A DNA stretch of 64,000 nucleotides from an uncultured bacterium (GTDB lineage Bacteria > Myxococcota_A > Polyangia > Polyangiales > Houyiibacteriaceae), in assembly GCA_938024995.1 (NCBI GenBank), contig CALJDU010000036.1, positions 17,520-81,519 on the forward strand. The letters are read 5' to 3'. The position numbers and the translations under genes are program-made. Under the pieces are notes generated by a model. That model was not told the origin of the DNA. It saw nothing but the letters and a program-made list of their open reading frames with translations, and ran no database searches. This document shows positions 54,045-62,698 of the stretch, in pieces (the stretch's first letter is position 1; every line of letters begins with the position of its first letter).

Positions 54045-54643
54045 CGAGAGATGGTCGTCGCTTCGAGCAGCCGCTCGAGGGTCTGCGCGTTGGGGAAGCC
54101 GACGTGGCGCTCGCGTACGTACCCTTCCGCGTCGATCATGATGTACATCGGGACCGCGTCAATCACGCCGAGCGAGCTGGTCCCTTGCTCGACCCGACCG
54201 TCTGGATCGTACGTGATCGAAAACGGCGGATGGAGCGCGCTCGTGAAGACCTCGGCGAACGTGCCAGCGTTGGGCTGGGCGATGACACCGAGCACCTGCA
54301 CGTCCTCTCCGTGCCTCCGCGCGAACCGTGAGGTCGGCCGGAGCGCCGCTTGGCTCACCCCGTCAAAGGTCGCGAAGATGAAGAGAAGGGTGGGCGTTCC
54401 GCGAAGATCGCCGAGGTGGATCCACTGACCGTTTGGGACGCGAAGCGTCAGCTCGATCGGGGCTTGCCGTTCGCGTAACGGGGTCGTTCCGACGGAGGAT
54501 GTTTCGCGCGACGAGCCGCACCCGAGCAGGAGGAGCGCGATCAGCGCGCAAGCGAGGTGGGTCGGGAGGGGCCTACTTCTTTTGGCCGACGAACTGATCC
54601 GACTTTTCTTTGAACAGGACATTGAACGTGGTGAGCGAGCCAT
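54041..54643 (-). CDS. thioredoxin-fold (TlpA/AhpC-like) lipoprotein lacking the CxxC motif; start uncertain (54643 or 54622)
   Basis: Lipobox LLLLGC. ..GTPTLLFIFATFDGVSQAA.. sits where W-C-x-x-C normally lies. Either start overlaps the upstream gene end. Confidence 0.55.
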   Translation of the reverse strand: MARSPRSMSCSKKSRISSSAKRSRPLPTHLACALIALLLLGCGSSRETSSVGTTPLRERQAPIELTLRVPNGQWIHLGDLRGTPTLLFIFATFDGVSQAALRPTSRFARRHGEDVQVLGVIAQPNAGTFAEVFTSALHPPFSITYDPDGRVEQGTSSLGVIDAVPMYIMIDAEGYVRERHVGFPNAQTLERLLEATTISR

Positions 54644-55202
54644 AGCAGGCAGTGATGTACTGCTGAAGCTGAACTTTGTCGTCGCCGGAGAGCTTCTTGT
54701 TTCCGTTGACCTTCTGTTCCAGCACCCGAAGCTTCTCGCGAACGCCCACGATCTTTTTGAAGAAGATATCGATCGGGATCTTCTTCTCCTGCGTTCCCTC
54801 TTTGCCCGGCTTGATCACGATCTCGCCATCGGCCCAGCGATCACCAATCTTCACGTCTCGAACACCGAGCTCGTCGAGCAGAACCTCGCGGAGCACTTGG
54901 CGAAACTGTTCTTGGTCCATCTCGATCCCGATCTCTTTTGGAATGTTTAGGCGCTGCTCGCCGACGTCGCCCGCGCTGTACCTGCGGGGGGCACCCGCGA
55001 CGCGCTTACGACGGAGGGAATCCTTGAACGACTGACCAACCGCCTTGTGGCGTGGGCAGGTCGCCGTGTCGCGAAGCGGGGAGGGCCAGCACCCAAGACG
55101 ACACTCACCGAGGCTTTTGCCCTCGTCGTCCGTGGACATCTTCACGAAGAAGCCACACGTCCCGCACCGTCCGCTGAGGTCCCGCTCCATAGACGGGGAC
55201 AC
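54573..55202 (-). CDS. conserved-looking hypothetical protein with an N-terminal Cys4 zinc-ribbon-like motif
   Basis: CGTCGFF..ECRLGCW..CPRHK. Lys-rich C-terminal half. Locally lower GC than its neighbours. Confidence 0.6.
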   Translation of the reverse strand: MSPSMERDLSGRCGTCGFFVKMSTDDEGKSLGECRLGCWPSPLRDTATCPRHKAVGQSFKDSLRRKRVAGAPRRYSAGDVGEQRLNIPKEIGIEMDQEQFRQVLREVLLDELGVRDVKIGDRWADGEIVIKPGKEGTQEKKIPIDIFFKKIVGVREKLRVLEQKVNGNKKLSGDDKVQLQQYITACYGSLTTFNVLFKEKSDQFVGQKK

Positions 55203-55208
55203 GGTAGC

Positions 55209-56693
55209 TTAGGCTCGCGCGTTGCGCATCCGCCGGACGACGATCATGAGCACGACGAAAACGGCGAGCGCCCCGAGGTAGCGAGGCCAACGTCGCGAGA
55301 GGTGGAACTCGAGCGCGCTCACCCCACCGATGGGACCTTCCTTGGTTCCGTCCGCGCAGCTCCAGGTTTCGCCGTGCGAAAATCCGCACGACTCCAACGT
55401 GGACCCATCTTTTAGGAACACGGTGACGTCGACGCGCGCTTCGGAGACGTCGACGACGCAGAAGTGATGGACGGATTGGAAGGCGAGCTGGCCTGGGTGT
55501 CTGCGGTTGACAGGGTAGAGTGGCGCGCCCCCGCCGCCCGCGACGATGTACTTGAGCCCGTCGCGATCACCCCGTTCGTACCCGTGGTCATGACCCGCGA
55601 AGATGAGGTCAACCTCGTACTGCTTGAGCAAGGCGACGACCCCGAGCTCATGCATGGCTTCGTGGTCATCATGTGCACCGCTGCTCATGGGGCTGTGGTG
55701 CGTGGACGCGATAATGTAGCGGACGGTGTCGTCGGCGCGCGCCTCTCGGAGCGTCTCCTCGAGCCAGGTTCGCTGCGCACCGCTCTCGAACGAATCGTTG
55801 CTGTCAAGCGCGACGAAGAGGGTGGAACCATGTCGCCGCGCAAAGTAGTCGGGCCCTTCCGGTCGTGATGGCGTCATGTAGGCGCGATAGAGGTCGCGCC
55901 CACCCGCGCCATACAGCTCGTGGTTGCCGAGCGCGGGGATGAGGGGAGTTCGCCGAAGGAGCTCGCCCTCGATATCGAAGAACATCTTCCAGTTCTCTCG
56001 CGTCGACGTCGCGACCATGTCTCCCGTGTGAAGCAAGAGCCTGACGTTCTCTTGTTCGCGCATGCGCTCGATGATCGCGCGGTGCGCGTCGTGGTCGGTG
56101 CGGTTGTCGCCGTAGGCCAAGAACCGGAAGGGCGCGTCGGTCGCGGGATCCGGCGCGGTCCGAAACGATCCCTCCGCGAGCTCAGCACCGTTCGCGTCCT
56201 GCACGAGGAACCGATACCGGGTGTCGCTTTGAAGCGCGCGGGTCGCGACGATGTGTAGACGCGAGGAAGCGGACTCTACGGTCATCGCGCTGCTCGCCTC
56301 GACCGGTTCGACCGCTTCGACCGGTTCGACCGCTTCGACCGCTTCGACCGCTTCGACGACTGTGCCTTCCCCGTCGGTGTCTTCTACGTCGACCGCCAGC
56401 GGGTCCGCTTCCGGGTCTGCGCTTGGCTCCGCGTCCGTTTCGGTAGACCCGGTTTCTGCCGCAGTGTTCGCTTCGCTGTTCGCTTCCGTATCCGCGGTGG
56501 CGCCCGATGTCTCCGCTTCCAGCGTCAGCTTCGCGGAGGCCGGGTCCGCGAGCTCGAAGAGCACGGTCGCGGCATCATGTCCCACGTCGATCACCCAAGG
56601 TCCATTGACGACCTCGTCTGCGTGCGCGGTGACGGGGCTGCACAGCGCGGCGATGATGGCGAGCGCGACCCCGCGAGCAAAGGACAACGGCAT
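55209..56693 (-). CDS. purple-acid-phosphatase-like metallophosphoesterase with an acidic repeat linker and C-terminal TM anchor
   Basis: Signal peptide ..VTAHA|DE. YGDNRT, HTGDMV, LGNHE, STHHSP, AGHDHGYER. C-terminal LGALAVFVVLMIVVRRMRNARA. Confidence 0.85.
   Translation of the reverse strand: MPLSFARGVALAIIAALCSPVTAHADEVVNGPWVIDVGHDAATVLFELADPASAKLTLEAETSGATADTEANSEANTAAETGSTETDAEPSADPEADPLAVDVEDTDGEGTVVEAVEAVEAVEPVEAVEPVEASSAMTVESASSRLHIVATRALQSDTRYRFLVQDANGAELAEGSFRTAPDPATDAPFRFLAYGDNRTDHDAHRAIIERMREQENVRLLLHTGDMVATSTRENWKMFFDIEGELLRRTPLIPALGNHELYGAGGRDLYRAYMTPSRPEGPDYFARRHGSTLFVALDSNDSFESGAQRTWLEETLREARADDTVRYIIASTHHSPMSSGAHDDHEAMHELGVVALLKQYEVDLIFAGHDHGYERGDRDGLKYIVAGGGGAPLYPVNRRHPGQLAFQSVHHFCVVDVSEARVDVTVFLKDGSTLESCGFSHGETWSCADGTKEGPIGGVSALEFHLSRRWPRYLGALAVFVVLMIVVRRMRNARA
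56301..56354 (-). repeat. in-frame 9-bp tandem repeat, six copies (gaccgSttc)
   Basis: Encodes (VEA/VEP)n = ..VEAVEAVEAVEPVEAVEPVEA.. within the phosphoesterase N-terminal linker. Confidence 0.9.
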
Positions 56694-56741
56694 GAGGCCC
56701 TTCTACACGCCGGTACTGGTCTTGGTCGAGCGGCGACCGCG

Positions 56742-57599
56742 TCAGGATCGTGCTTCCGCCCACTGGCGACAGACGGGGCGAAGGGAGCACCCCTCACAGA
56801 GGGTGTCGTCGCGGCGGCTTGGGCACGCACGAGAAACGCCGAGATGGCAGATCGCGAAGTCGTAGCGCACCGGATCTTCCGGATCGAAGGTGCGGAGGGT
56901 CGCGGTGATCTCTTCGGCCGCGCGCCAGTCCGCGCTCTTGCGGTTGGTCAGCCCGAGGTTCTTCGAGATGCGATGAACATGGGTATCGACCGGGATGACC
57001 AGTTCGCGCGGCGAGGTCGGCCAGAGCCCGAGGTCGACGCCGTCGTTCGGCCGGATCATCCAGCGCGAGAAGAGGAGCAGTCGTTTGCACGCGGAGCCGC
57101 GGCGCGGGTCGGCCAGCAAGTGCTGAAGACCTCGGCTCGGCGTTCCGGGTCCACGTAACGCGTCCGAGACCACGGCCAGACCTTCGCGAAATCCATGTCG
57201 CTCGATCTCGGCTGACGCGAACGCGCCGAGGCTGCCGTGCGTTCGCTGAAGGTGGCCGGCGCGGCTGACGGCTCGGGCGACGTCCTCGCCTCGGTACACG
57301 CGATGTCGAAAGCCATCGAGGGCCCGCGCGAGGGTCCGCTCCCGGCGGCGCGCGGACGCGTGAGGCGAGGGGCCCAAGACGGAGAGCACCCGCTCCACGC
57401 TCTTGCCGATCGCGACCACGTTCCCGAAGGCGAGCGAGGCCGCGACCAAACCGACGATCTCTTGGTCGAGCGGGTCCGCATAGCGTCTCGGAAAGCGAAC
57501 GGGATCGGTCGCGACGCGCGCTTCGAAGTCGAAGGTCGCCACGAGCGCGTTGAGCTTCTTCTTGAGCGCGGTCCGGGAGGGCTCAGTCGCCGGCTTCAT
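56742..57599 (-). CDS. TIGR02757/DUF2400-family protein
   Basis: ..DPVRFPRRYADPLDQEIVGLVAASLAFGNV.. is typical of the family. C-terminal CX8CX2CX5C. Confidence 0.75.
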   Translation of the reverse strand: MKPATEPSRTALKKKLNALVATFDFEARVATDPVRFPRRYADPLDQEIVGLVAASLAFGNVVAIGKSVERVLSVLGPSPHASARRRERTLARALDGFRHRVYRGEDVARAVSRAGHLQRTHGSLGAFASAEIERHGFREGLAVVSDALRGPGTPSRGLQHLLADPRRGSACKRLLLFSRWMIRPNDGVDLGLWPTSPRELVIPVDTHVHRISKNLGLTNRKSADWRAAEEITATLRTFDPEDPVRYDFAICHLGVSRACPSRRDDTLCEGCSLRPVCRQWAEARS

Positions 57600-59100
57600 C
57601 CGAAGGCTCGGTCTCTGTGTCTTCGTTCTCGTCGTCTTCTTCAGCGTTGCTGCCAGGCAGCGGGGTGACCTCGATCGCCGCGAGCTCGCGATCGAGACGA
57701 CGGCGGAGGTTGCGAAAGCGACCCAAGGGACCCGCGGGCAGCATGCGACCCGGACCGTCGAGCACCGGCGCGGGATCGATCCAGGAGCTGTTGCGTTTCA
57801 CGCCAAAGTGAAGATGCGGACCGGTAGAGCGACCGGTGGTCCCGACGGCGCCGATCAGCTGGCGCTGCTCAACTTCGACGCCTGGCCGAATGCCGCTCTG
57901 GATGCGGTGAAGGTGCGCGTAGTGCGACGAGTAGCCGTTCTCGTGGCGGATCGAGACCAGGTTGCCGTTGGGGCCTTTCGGGCCGGCGTGCGTGATCGTG
58001 CCGCTGGCGGCGGCCCACACGGGGGTCCCGGTTGCGGCCGCGTAGTCGATCCCGTTGTGCGGATGCACGCGTCGCAAGATGGGGTGCATCCGGTGCGGGT
58101 CGAAGGGAGAGCTCATGCGTTCGTAGTGGAGCGGGACGCGGAGCCAGCTCCCGTTGAGCGAGCGGCCGGTGCTGTCGTAGTAGTCCGGTCGTCCGCGATG
58201 TTCGTAGCGATACGCCGAGAGCTCGCCCGTGTTCTCGCCGACGTAGTCCAGCGCGTGGACGGTGCCCCAGCGCAGGTGCTCGCCATCGACGAGCTCTTCT
58301 TCCACGACCACGCGAAAGCGATCACCGCGTCGCGCTTGGCTGGCGAAGCGCGCCTTGGTGCCGAACGCCTCGACGAAGGTGCCGACGACCGAGCGACCGA
58401 GGCCGGCTCGGGTGAAGGCGTCGCCGAGGGAAGAGGTCACGTGACCGCCGCGCGCGACGCGGACGCGCTCGATCTCGCGTTCCACCTTTTCGCCGCTCAT
58501 CGACCCATCGGCGGCGCGCGTCATCACGTAGTACTCGGTAGCGCTCTTTCGGTACTCGAAGCGGACGAGGTTCCCGTCGGTGTCGCGCTCGAGTGACATC
58601 CGGTCACGCGGGCGGCAGCGCCGGAATTCGAGCACGCCGTCGAGCGCGCGTTCCAGCGACGCGGCTTCCTCCGCGGTGAGGCCGGCGTTTCGAACGGCCT
58701 CACGAAAGAACCGCGCTTCACCAAAGCGCGCGTCGTGCCTTGAGATCGCGCCGGCCGTGACCGGTCGCTGACTGCTCTCTTCCGCGGTGCTCGGTCGCTC
58801 TTCTTCGACCTCGGCGGGCTCGGGCTCAGCAGCGGGCTCCTGACCTGGCGCGGGCATCGCGGTGGGGGGCGGCTCAATATCCGTTCCGAAGGCGGTCGCG
58901 ATCGGCTCTTGCGGCGCGGATTCGGTCGGCTCGGGTTCCCCGTCACCCGAAAAGAAGAGCCAGTAACCACCGCCCACAAGCCCGAGCAACATGACGACGG
59001 CGCCGACGCGCTGACGGATGACGCTCGCTCGTCGCTCCTCCGCGAGGAGCGGCATCGAGACCCGGGGCAAGGGGCGCCCAAGTTCGTGGTCGTCACGCAC
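57583..59100 (-). CDS. M23-family metallopeptidase (membrane-anchored)
   Basis: TM helix VGAVVMLLGLVGGGYWLFF. HNGIDYAA, ..IRHENGYSSHYAHL.., GRSTGPHLHFGV. Confidence 0.88.
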   Translation of the reverse strand: MRDDHELGRPLPRVSMPLLAEERRASVIRQRVGAVVMLLGLVGGGYWLFFSGDGEPEPTESAPQEPIATAFGTDIEPPPTAMPAPGQEPAAEPEPAEVEEERPSTAEESSQRPVTAGAISRHDARFGEARFFREAVRNAGLTAEEAASLERALDGVLEFRRCRPRDRMSLERDTDGNLVRFEYRKSATEYYVMTRAADGSMSGEKVEREIERVRVARGGHVTSSLGDAFTRAGLGRSVVGTFVEAFGTKARFASQARRGDRFRVVVEEELVDGEHLRWGTVHALDYVGENTGELSAYRYEHRGRPDYYDSTGRSLNGSWLRVPLHYERMSSPFDPHRMHPILRRVHPHNGIDYAAATGTPVWAAASGTITHAGPKGPNGNLVSIRHENGYSSHYAHLHRIQSGIRPGVEVEQRQLIGAVGTTGRSTGPHLHFGVKRNSSWIDPAPVLDGPGRMLPAGPLGRFRNLRRRLDRELAAIEVTPLPGSNAEEDDENEDTETEPSDEAGD

Positions 59101-59177
59101 GAGCGGTGCATATCAGCGGTCCGGCCGCCGCGCCAGTAGGGCCCTTTCCAGTCGGCAGGAGCTGCTATGGTCGCGGC

Positions 59178-61775
59178 ATGAGAGACGGCGAAGCTCCGGA
59201 CGCGTCGACGCGCGACTCGAGCGCGCTCTCGACGCGATCTGCGCAGCGATCTGCGCACGGGAGCCTGAGCGCCAGACCCTACGAGCCCAGCCGGATTCTC
59301 CGGTGGCTCTACCGCCGCTTCTTCTCGCATCTCCTGGTCGACGATGCCTTCGTCGAGGCGGTTCGGGAGGCCTCATCTCGCGGAGTCGTCATCTACGTGA
59401 TGCGCGCGATCTCCGTGCTCGACTTCCTCTGCCTCGACTTTTTGATCAAGCGCTTCGGGCTCCCGCTGATCCGCTTCGTGAACGATCTGGGGCTGTGGAT
59501 CTTGGAGCCGTTCGGCAAAGGCGAGCGACGTCTTCGCTTTCGCCGGCAGGTCCCCGAGGACCAAGCGCTGAGCGACGTCGTCCGGGGCGGGCACAGCGCG
59601 TTGCTCTTCCTGCGCAAACCCCCGCGCCTCCGCCGTAAGCTCGACAAGAGCGTCAAAGGGGAGGAGCTCGAGATCGATCTTCTCAAGAGCTTGGTCGCCG
59701 CGCAGCGCCACCTTGACGAACCGATCTTGCTGATGCCGCAGACCTTCGTTTGGAGCATGCGACCTCCGTCGGCGCGCCGCGGGATCGCCGACCTCTTTTT
59801 TGGGCCGGTCGAGTGGCCAGGTCGCTTTCGCGTCTTCTTTCAATTCCTCTTCAACTTCCGGAACGCGAGGCTCCGGGCAGGCGAGCCGTTCGACCTGAGC
59901 TCCTTCATCGACGAGCACCTTGAGCTCACCGACGAACAGATCGCGGACAAGATCCGATACGCGCTCCTGCGACGGATCGAGCGCGAGCGCACACTGGTGC
60001 TCGGGCCGACCAAGAAGACGCCGGGCCGCATTCAAGAAGAGCTGCTGCGCTCGCCGCGTGTTCGCTCGCATATGGAGGCGCGGGCGAAGAGCACAAAACG
60101 TGAGCTGCCGGCTGTGCGGGCCGAGGCGAAGAAGATCTTGAATCGTCTTCAGGCGAATCAGCAGCCGTACATGGTGTCGCTGATGCACCGCGGTCTGCGC
60201 TGGGTCTTCACCAAGATCTACGACGGGATCGAAGTGGACCAGGAGGGCATCGCGCGGCTCCGGGCAGCGTCTCGGGAAGGCGCGGTCGTCTTGCTGCCGA
60301 GCCACAAGAGCCACGTGGACTACTTGGTCCTGAGCTACGTGCTCTACATCAACTCGCTCAACCCGCCGCTCATCGCAGCGGGGGACAACCTCAGCTTCTT
60401 CCCGCTTGGTCCGGCGCTTCGTCGCGGCGGCGCCTTCTTCATTCGTCGCTCGTTCAAGGGCAATCGGCTCTACCCGGCCTTGGTCGACGCCTACATGCGG
60501 AAGCTGCTCGCCCAAGGCTTCGCGATTGAGTTCTTCATCGAGGGCGGTCGCTCCCGTACAGGCAAGCTCCGCGCGCCTCAGTTTGGTTTGCTCTCGATGG
60601 TCGTCGACGCGGCCGCGATGAACCGCGGCAAGGTCGTCTCATTTGTCCCGATCTCGATCGGTTACGAGCGCGTCGTGGAGAGCCGCTCGTATGAAAAGGA
60701 GCTCGCGGGCGGCGAGAAGAAGAAGGAAGGCGTCGGAGGTCTCCTCAGCGCGCCGGAGATCCTGCGCAGCCGCTACGGTCGACTCTACGTTCAGTTTGGC
60801 GAGGTGACGACGTTCAAGGAGCTCGTGGATGACGCACGCGAGCGTCACGGCGTGGACGGTTTCGAGGACCTCAGCAAGCCGCAGCGACGCGCGCTCATTC
60901 AGCGTTTCGCGCGTCACACCGTCGAAGAGATCGAGCGCGTCACGATGGTGACGCCCGCCGCGCTGGTGGCGACGGCGCTGCTGATGCATCGGCGTAAGGG
61001 CGTGCTGCGCGACGAGCTACTAACGCGGTGCGAGCAGCTCCTCAACGTCCTCGACCGCGCAGAGGCGAGCTCGGCTGACACGCTCCGGGACGCGAACGGG
61101 GTCTTGCGCGTCGCGACCATCGACGAAGCGATCACGCTCTTCGAGGAAGCGGGGCACCTCCGCACTCACGACACACCCAACGGACCCATTTATCGCCTTC
61201 GCGAGACCCGCCGGGTCGCGCTTGAGTACGCGATGAACACCGTCGCGCACTTCTTTCGGCCCTACGCCTTGATCAGTTGTTCGCTCGGCGCGGGGAGCTT
61301 GACTGAGGAGGCATTGATCGATCAGGTCGAGCGGCTCGCCGCGCTTGTTCAACCCGGCGGTGAGCTGGACCGAGAACGCCTGCAGGAGCGGATCTTCGAG
61401 ATGGTGGTCGCAGGTGAGCTCGCGCGAGACGGCGACGCGTTGCGGGCACGACCCGGTCTTGGGCGAACCTTGAGCGAGATGTTGCGGGCGGACCTCGAAG
61501 CGATCCGGCTCGGCTTGCGCGCGGCGGCGCAGCTCGAGGAACCGACGCCAAAGAAAGAGTGGGTCAAGAACACGCTCAAGCTCGGCGAAGCGATGACGCT
61601 CTCAGGGGAGCTCGAGCTCGCGGAAACAGTCGTGAAGCCGAAGCTGGAGATCGCGCTCAGTGTTCTTCGCGCGCTTAATGTCCTCGCGTTGAACGACGGC
61701 GACGTCACGCGCGGCGAGTCGCACGCGATGGTAAGTGAGCTGCAGTCGGAGCTCTCCAGCTTCTTCCGCGAGTAA
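59178..61775 (+). CDS. plsB: glycerol-3-phosphate 1-O-acyltransferase (PlsB-type)
   Basis: HKSHVDYLVL (HX4D), FFIRRSF, FFIEGGRSRTGKL. About 865 aa from ATG 59178. Confidence 0.85.
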   Translation: MRDGEAPDASTRDSSALSTRSAQRSAHGSLSARPYEPSRILRWLYRRFFSHLLVDDAFVEAVREASSRGVVIYVMRAISVLDFLCLDFLIKRFGLPLIRFVNDLGLWILEPFGKGERRLRFRRQVPEDQALSDVVRGGHSALLFLRKPPRLRRKLDKSVKGEELEIDLLKSLVAAQRHLDEPILLMPQTFVWSMRPPSARRGIADLFFGPVEWPGRFRVFFQFLFNFRNARLRAGEPFDLSSFIDEHLELTDEQIADKIRYALLRRIERERTLVLGPTKKTPGRIQEELLRSPRVRSHMEARAKSTKRELPAVRAEAKKILNRLQANQQPYMVSLMHRGLRWVFTKIYDGIEVDQEGIARLRAASREGAVVLLPSHKSHVDYLVLSYVLYINSLNPPLIAAGDNLSFFPLGPALRRGGAFFIRRSFKGNRLYPALVDAYMRKLLAQGFAIEFFIEGGRSRTGKLRAPQFGLLSMVVDAAAMNRGKVVSFVPISIGYERVVESRSYEKELAGGEKKKEGVGGLLSAPEILRSRYGRLYVQFGEVTTFKELVDDARERHGVDGFEDLSKPQRRALIQRFARHTVEEIERVTMVTPAALVATALLMHRRKGVLRDELLTRCEQLLNVLDRAEASSADTLRDANGVLRVATIDEAITLFEEAGHLRTHDTPNGPIYRLRETRRVALEYAMNTVAHFFRPYALISCSLGAGSLTEEALIDQVERLAALVQPGGELDRERLQERIFEMVVAGELARDGDALRARPGLGRTLSEMLRADLEAIRLGLRAAAQLEEPTPKKEWVKNTLKLGEAMTLSGELELAETVVKPKLEIALSVLRALNVLALNDGDVTRGESHAMVSELQSELSSFFRE

Positions 61776-61919
61776 CGTCGGCGTACTCGGAGATCACGCG
61801 GGCGAGAAGGTCGTCGAGTGTAGTGAACCCTCGGCGCGGCTCCTGATCGCTTTTCGCCGCTTCGCAGAAGAGTAGGGACCGCGCGAGCCCCGCCACCGAT
61901 CCCGTGGTACACGCCTCTC

Positions 61920-62429
61920 GTGGCGAAAAAGCAGCGCGTCGACAAGAGCGTTCCCGGTATGGAGCAGCTGGTCTGCCGGAACCCGAAAGCGGTTCAGCGG
62001 TACGAGATCGAGCAGAAGCTCGAGGCGGGCTTGGTCCTCAAGGGCTCGGAAGTGAAGAGCCTCCGACAGGGCCGCGGTGATCTCGACGGGGCCTACGCTT
62101 CGCTCGAGCGCAACGAGATGTTTCTCTTGAAGATGCACATCGCGCCGTACGAACAAGCGGGACCCTACGGGCACGACCCGCGACGACGGCGCAAGCTGCT
62201 GCTTCACCGGCGCGAGATCGAGCGGCTCCGCGGGAAGCTGGCGCAGCGCGGCTACAGCCTGGTCCCCACCCTCGTGTACTTCAAAAATGGGGTCGCGAAG
62301 GTTCAGCTCGGACTGGGGCGCGGCAAGCGCGTCGGCGATCAGCGCGATGAGATCAAAAAGAAGGTCGACCTCAAGGAAGCGCGCGCGGCGGTCCGGAGCG
62401 GCAAAGAGCGACGAGGAAAGAACGAGTGA
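61920..62429 (+). CDS. smpB: SsrA-binding protein SmpB
   Basis: ..NPKAVQRYEIEQKLEAGLVLKGSEVKSLR.., ..HIAPYEQ.., ..RRRKLLLHRREI... Confidence 0.92.
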   Translation: MAKKQRVDKSVPGMEQLVCRNPKAVQRYEIEQKLEAGLVLKGSEVKSLRQGRGDLDGAYASLERNEMFLLKMHIAPYEQAGPYGHDPRRRRKLLLHRREIERLRGKLAQRGYSLVPTLVYFKNGVAKVQLGLGRGKRVGDQRDEIKKKVDLKEARAAVRSGKERRGKNE

Positions 62430-62698
62430 GCATCGAGTGCGAGTTTCGGGAAGGGAAGGGCGAGCTGCTCTCTCTGGTTCGTGATCAGATGCAGGCGATC
62501 GGGCCCGCGCCCTACGCTCCGGGTACACCGATTCGCTTAAGCGTCGGCCTGACCGAGGTCTCGATCCCCGTCGAAGCGAAGTGTGGCGGGAGCAAGCGAC
62601 GTGACGACGGTCGCTTCGACCTCACGTTGCGCGTGATCAACATGCGGCGCGCGCATCGCGACGCGCTCACCGCGGCGCTGACGCCGGCGACGCTCTAA
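62426..62698 (+). CDS. small hypothetical protein translationally coupled to smpB
   Basis: GTG overlaps the smpB stop (GTGA). 90 aa. No motif recognised. Confidence 0.45.
   Translation: MSIECEFREGKGELLSLVRDQMQAIGPAPYAPGTPIRLSVGLTEVSIPVEAKCGGSKRRDDGRFDLTLRVINMRRAHRDALTAALTPATL

Noticed and set aside
55209-55290. The C-terminal TM helix plus RRMRNARA tail of the phosphoesterase as a MYXO-CTERM/PEP-CTERM-type sorting signal.
   Set aside because: No Cys-containing (GC-type) or PEP signature motif precedes the helix. A simple C-terminal membrane anchor is the more conservative reading.
61776-61919. Looked for a tmRNA (ssrA) gene next to smpB. Also checked the TCCACCA string at about 33693-33699.
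   Set aside because: There is no tRNA-like acceptor/T-arm (GGTTCGAATCC type), no GGGGCTGA-type 5' end and no tag reading frame. The isolated TCCACCA has no adjacent T-arm.
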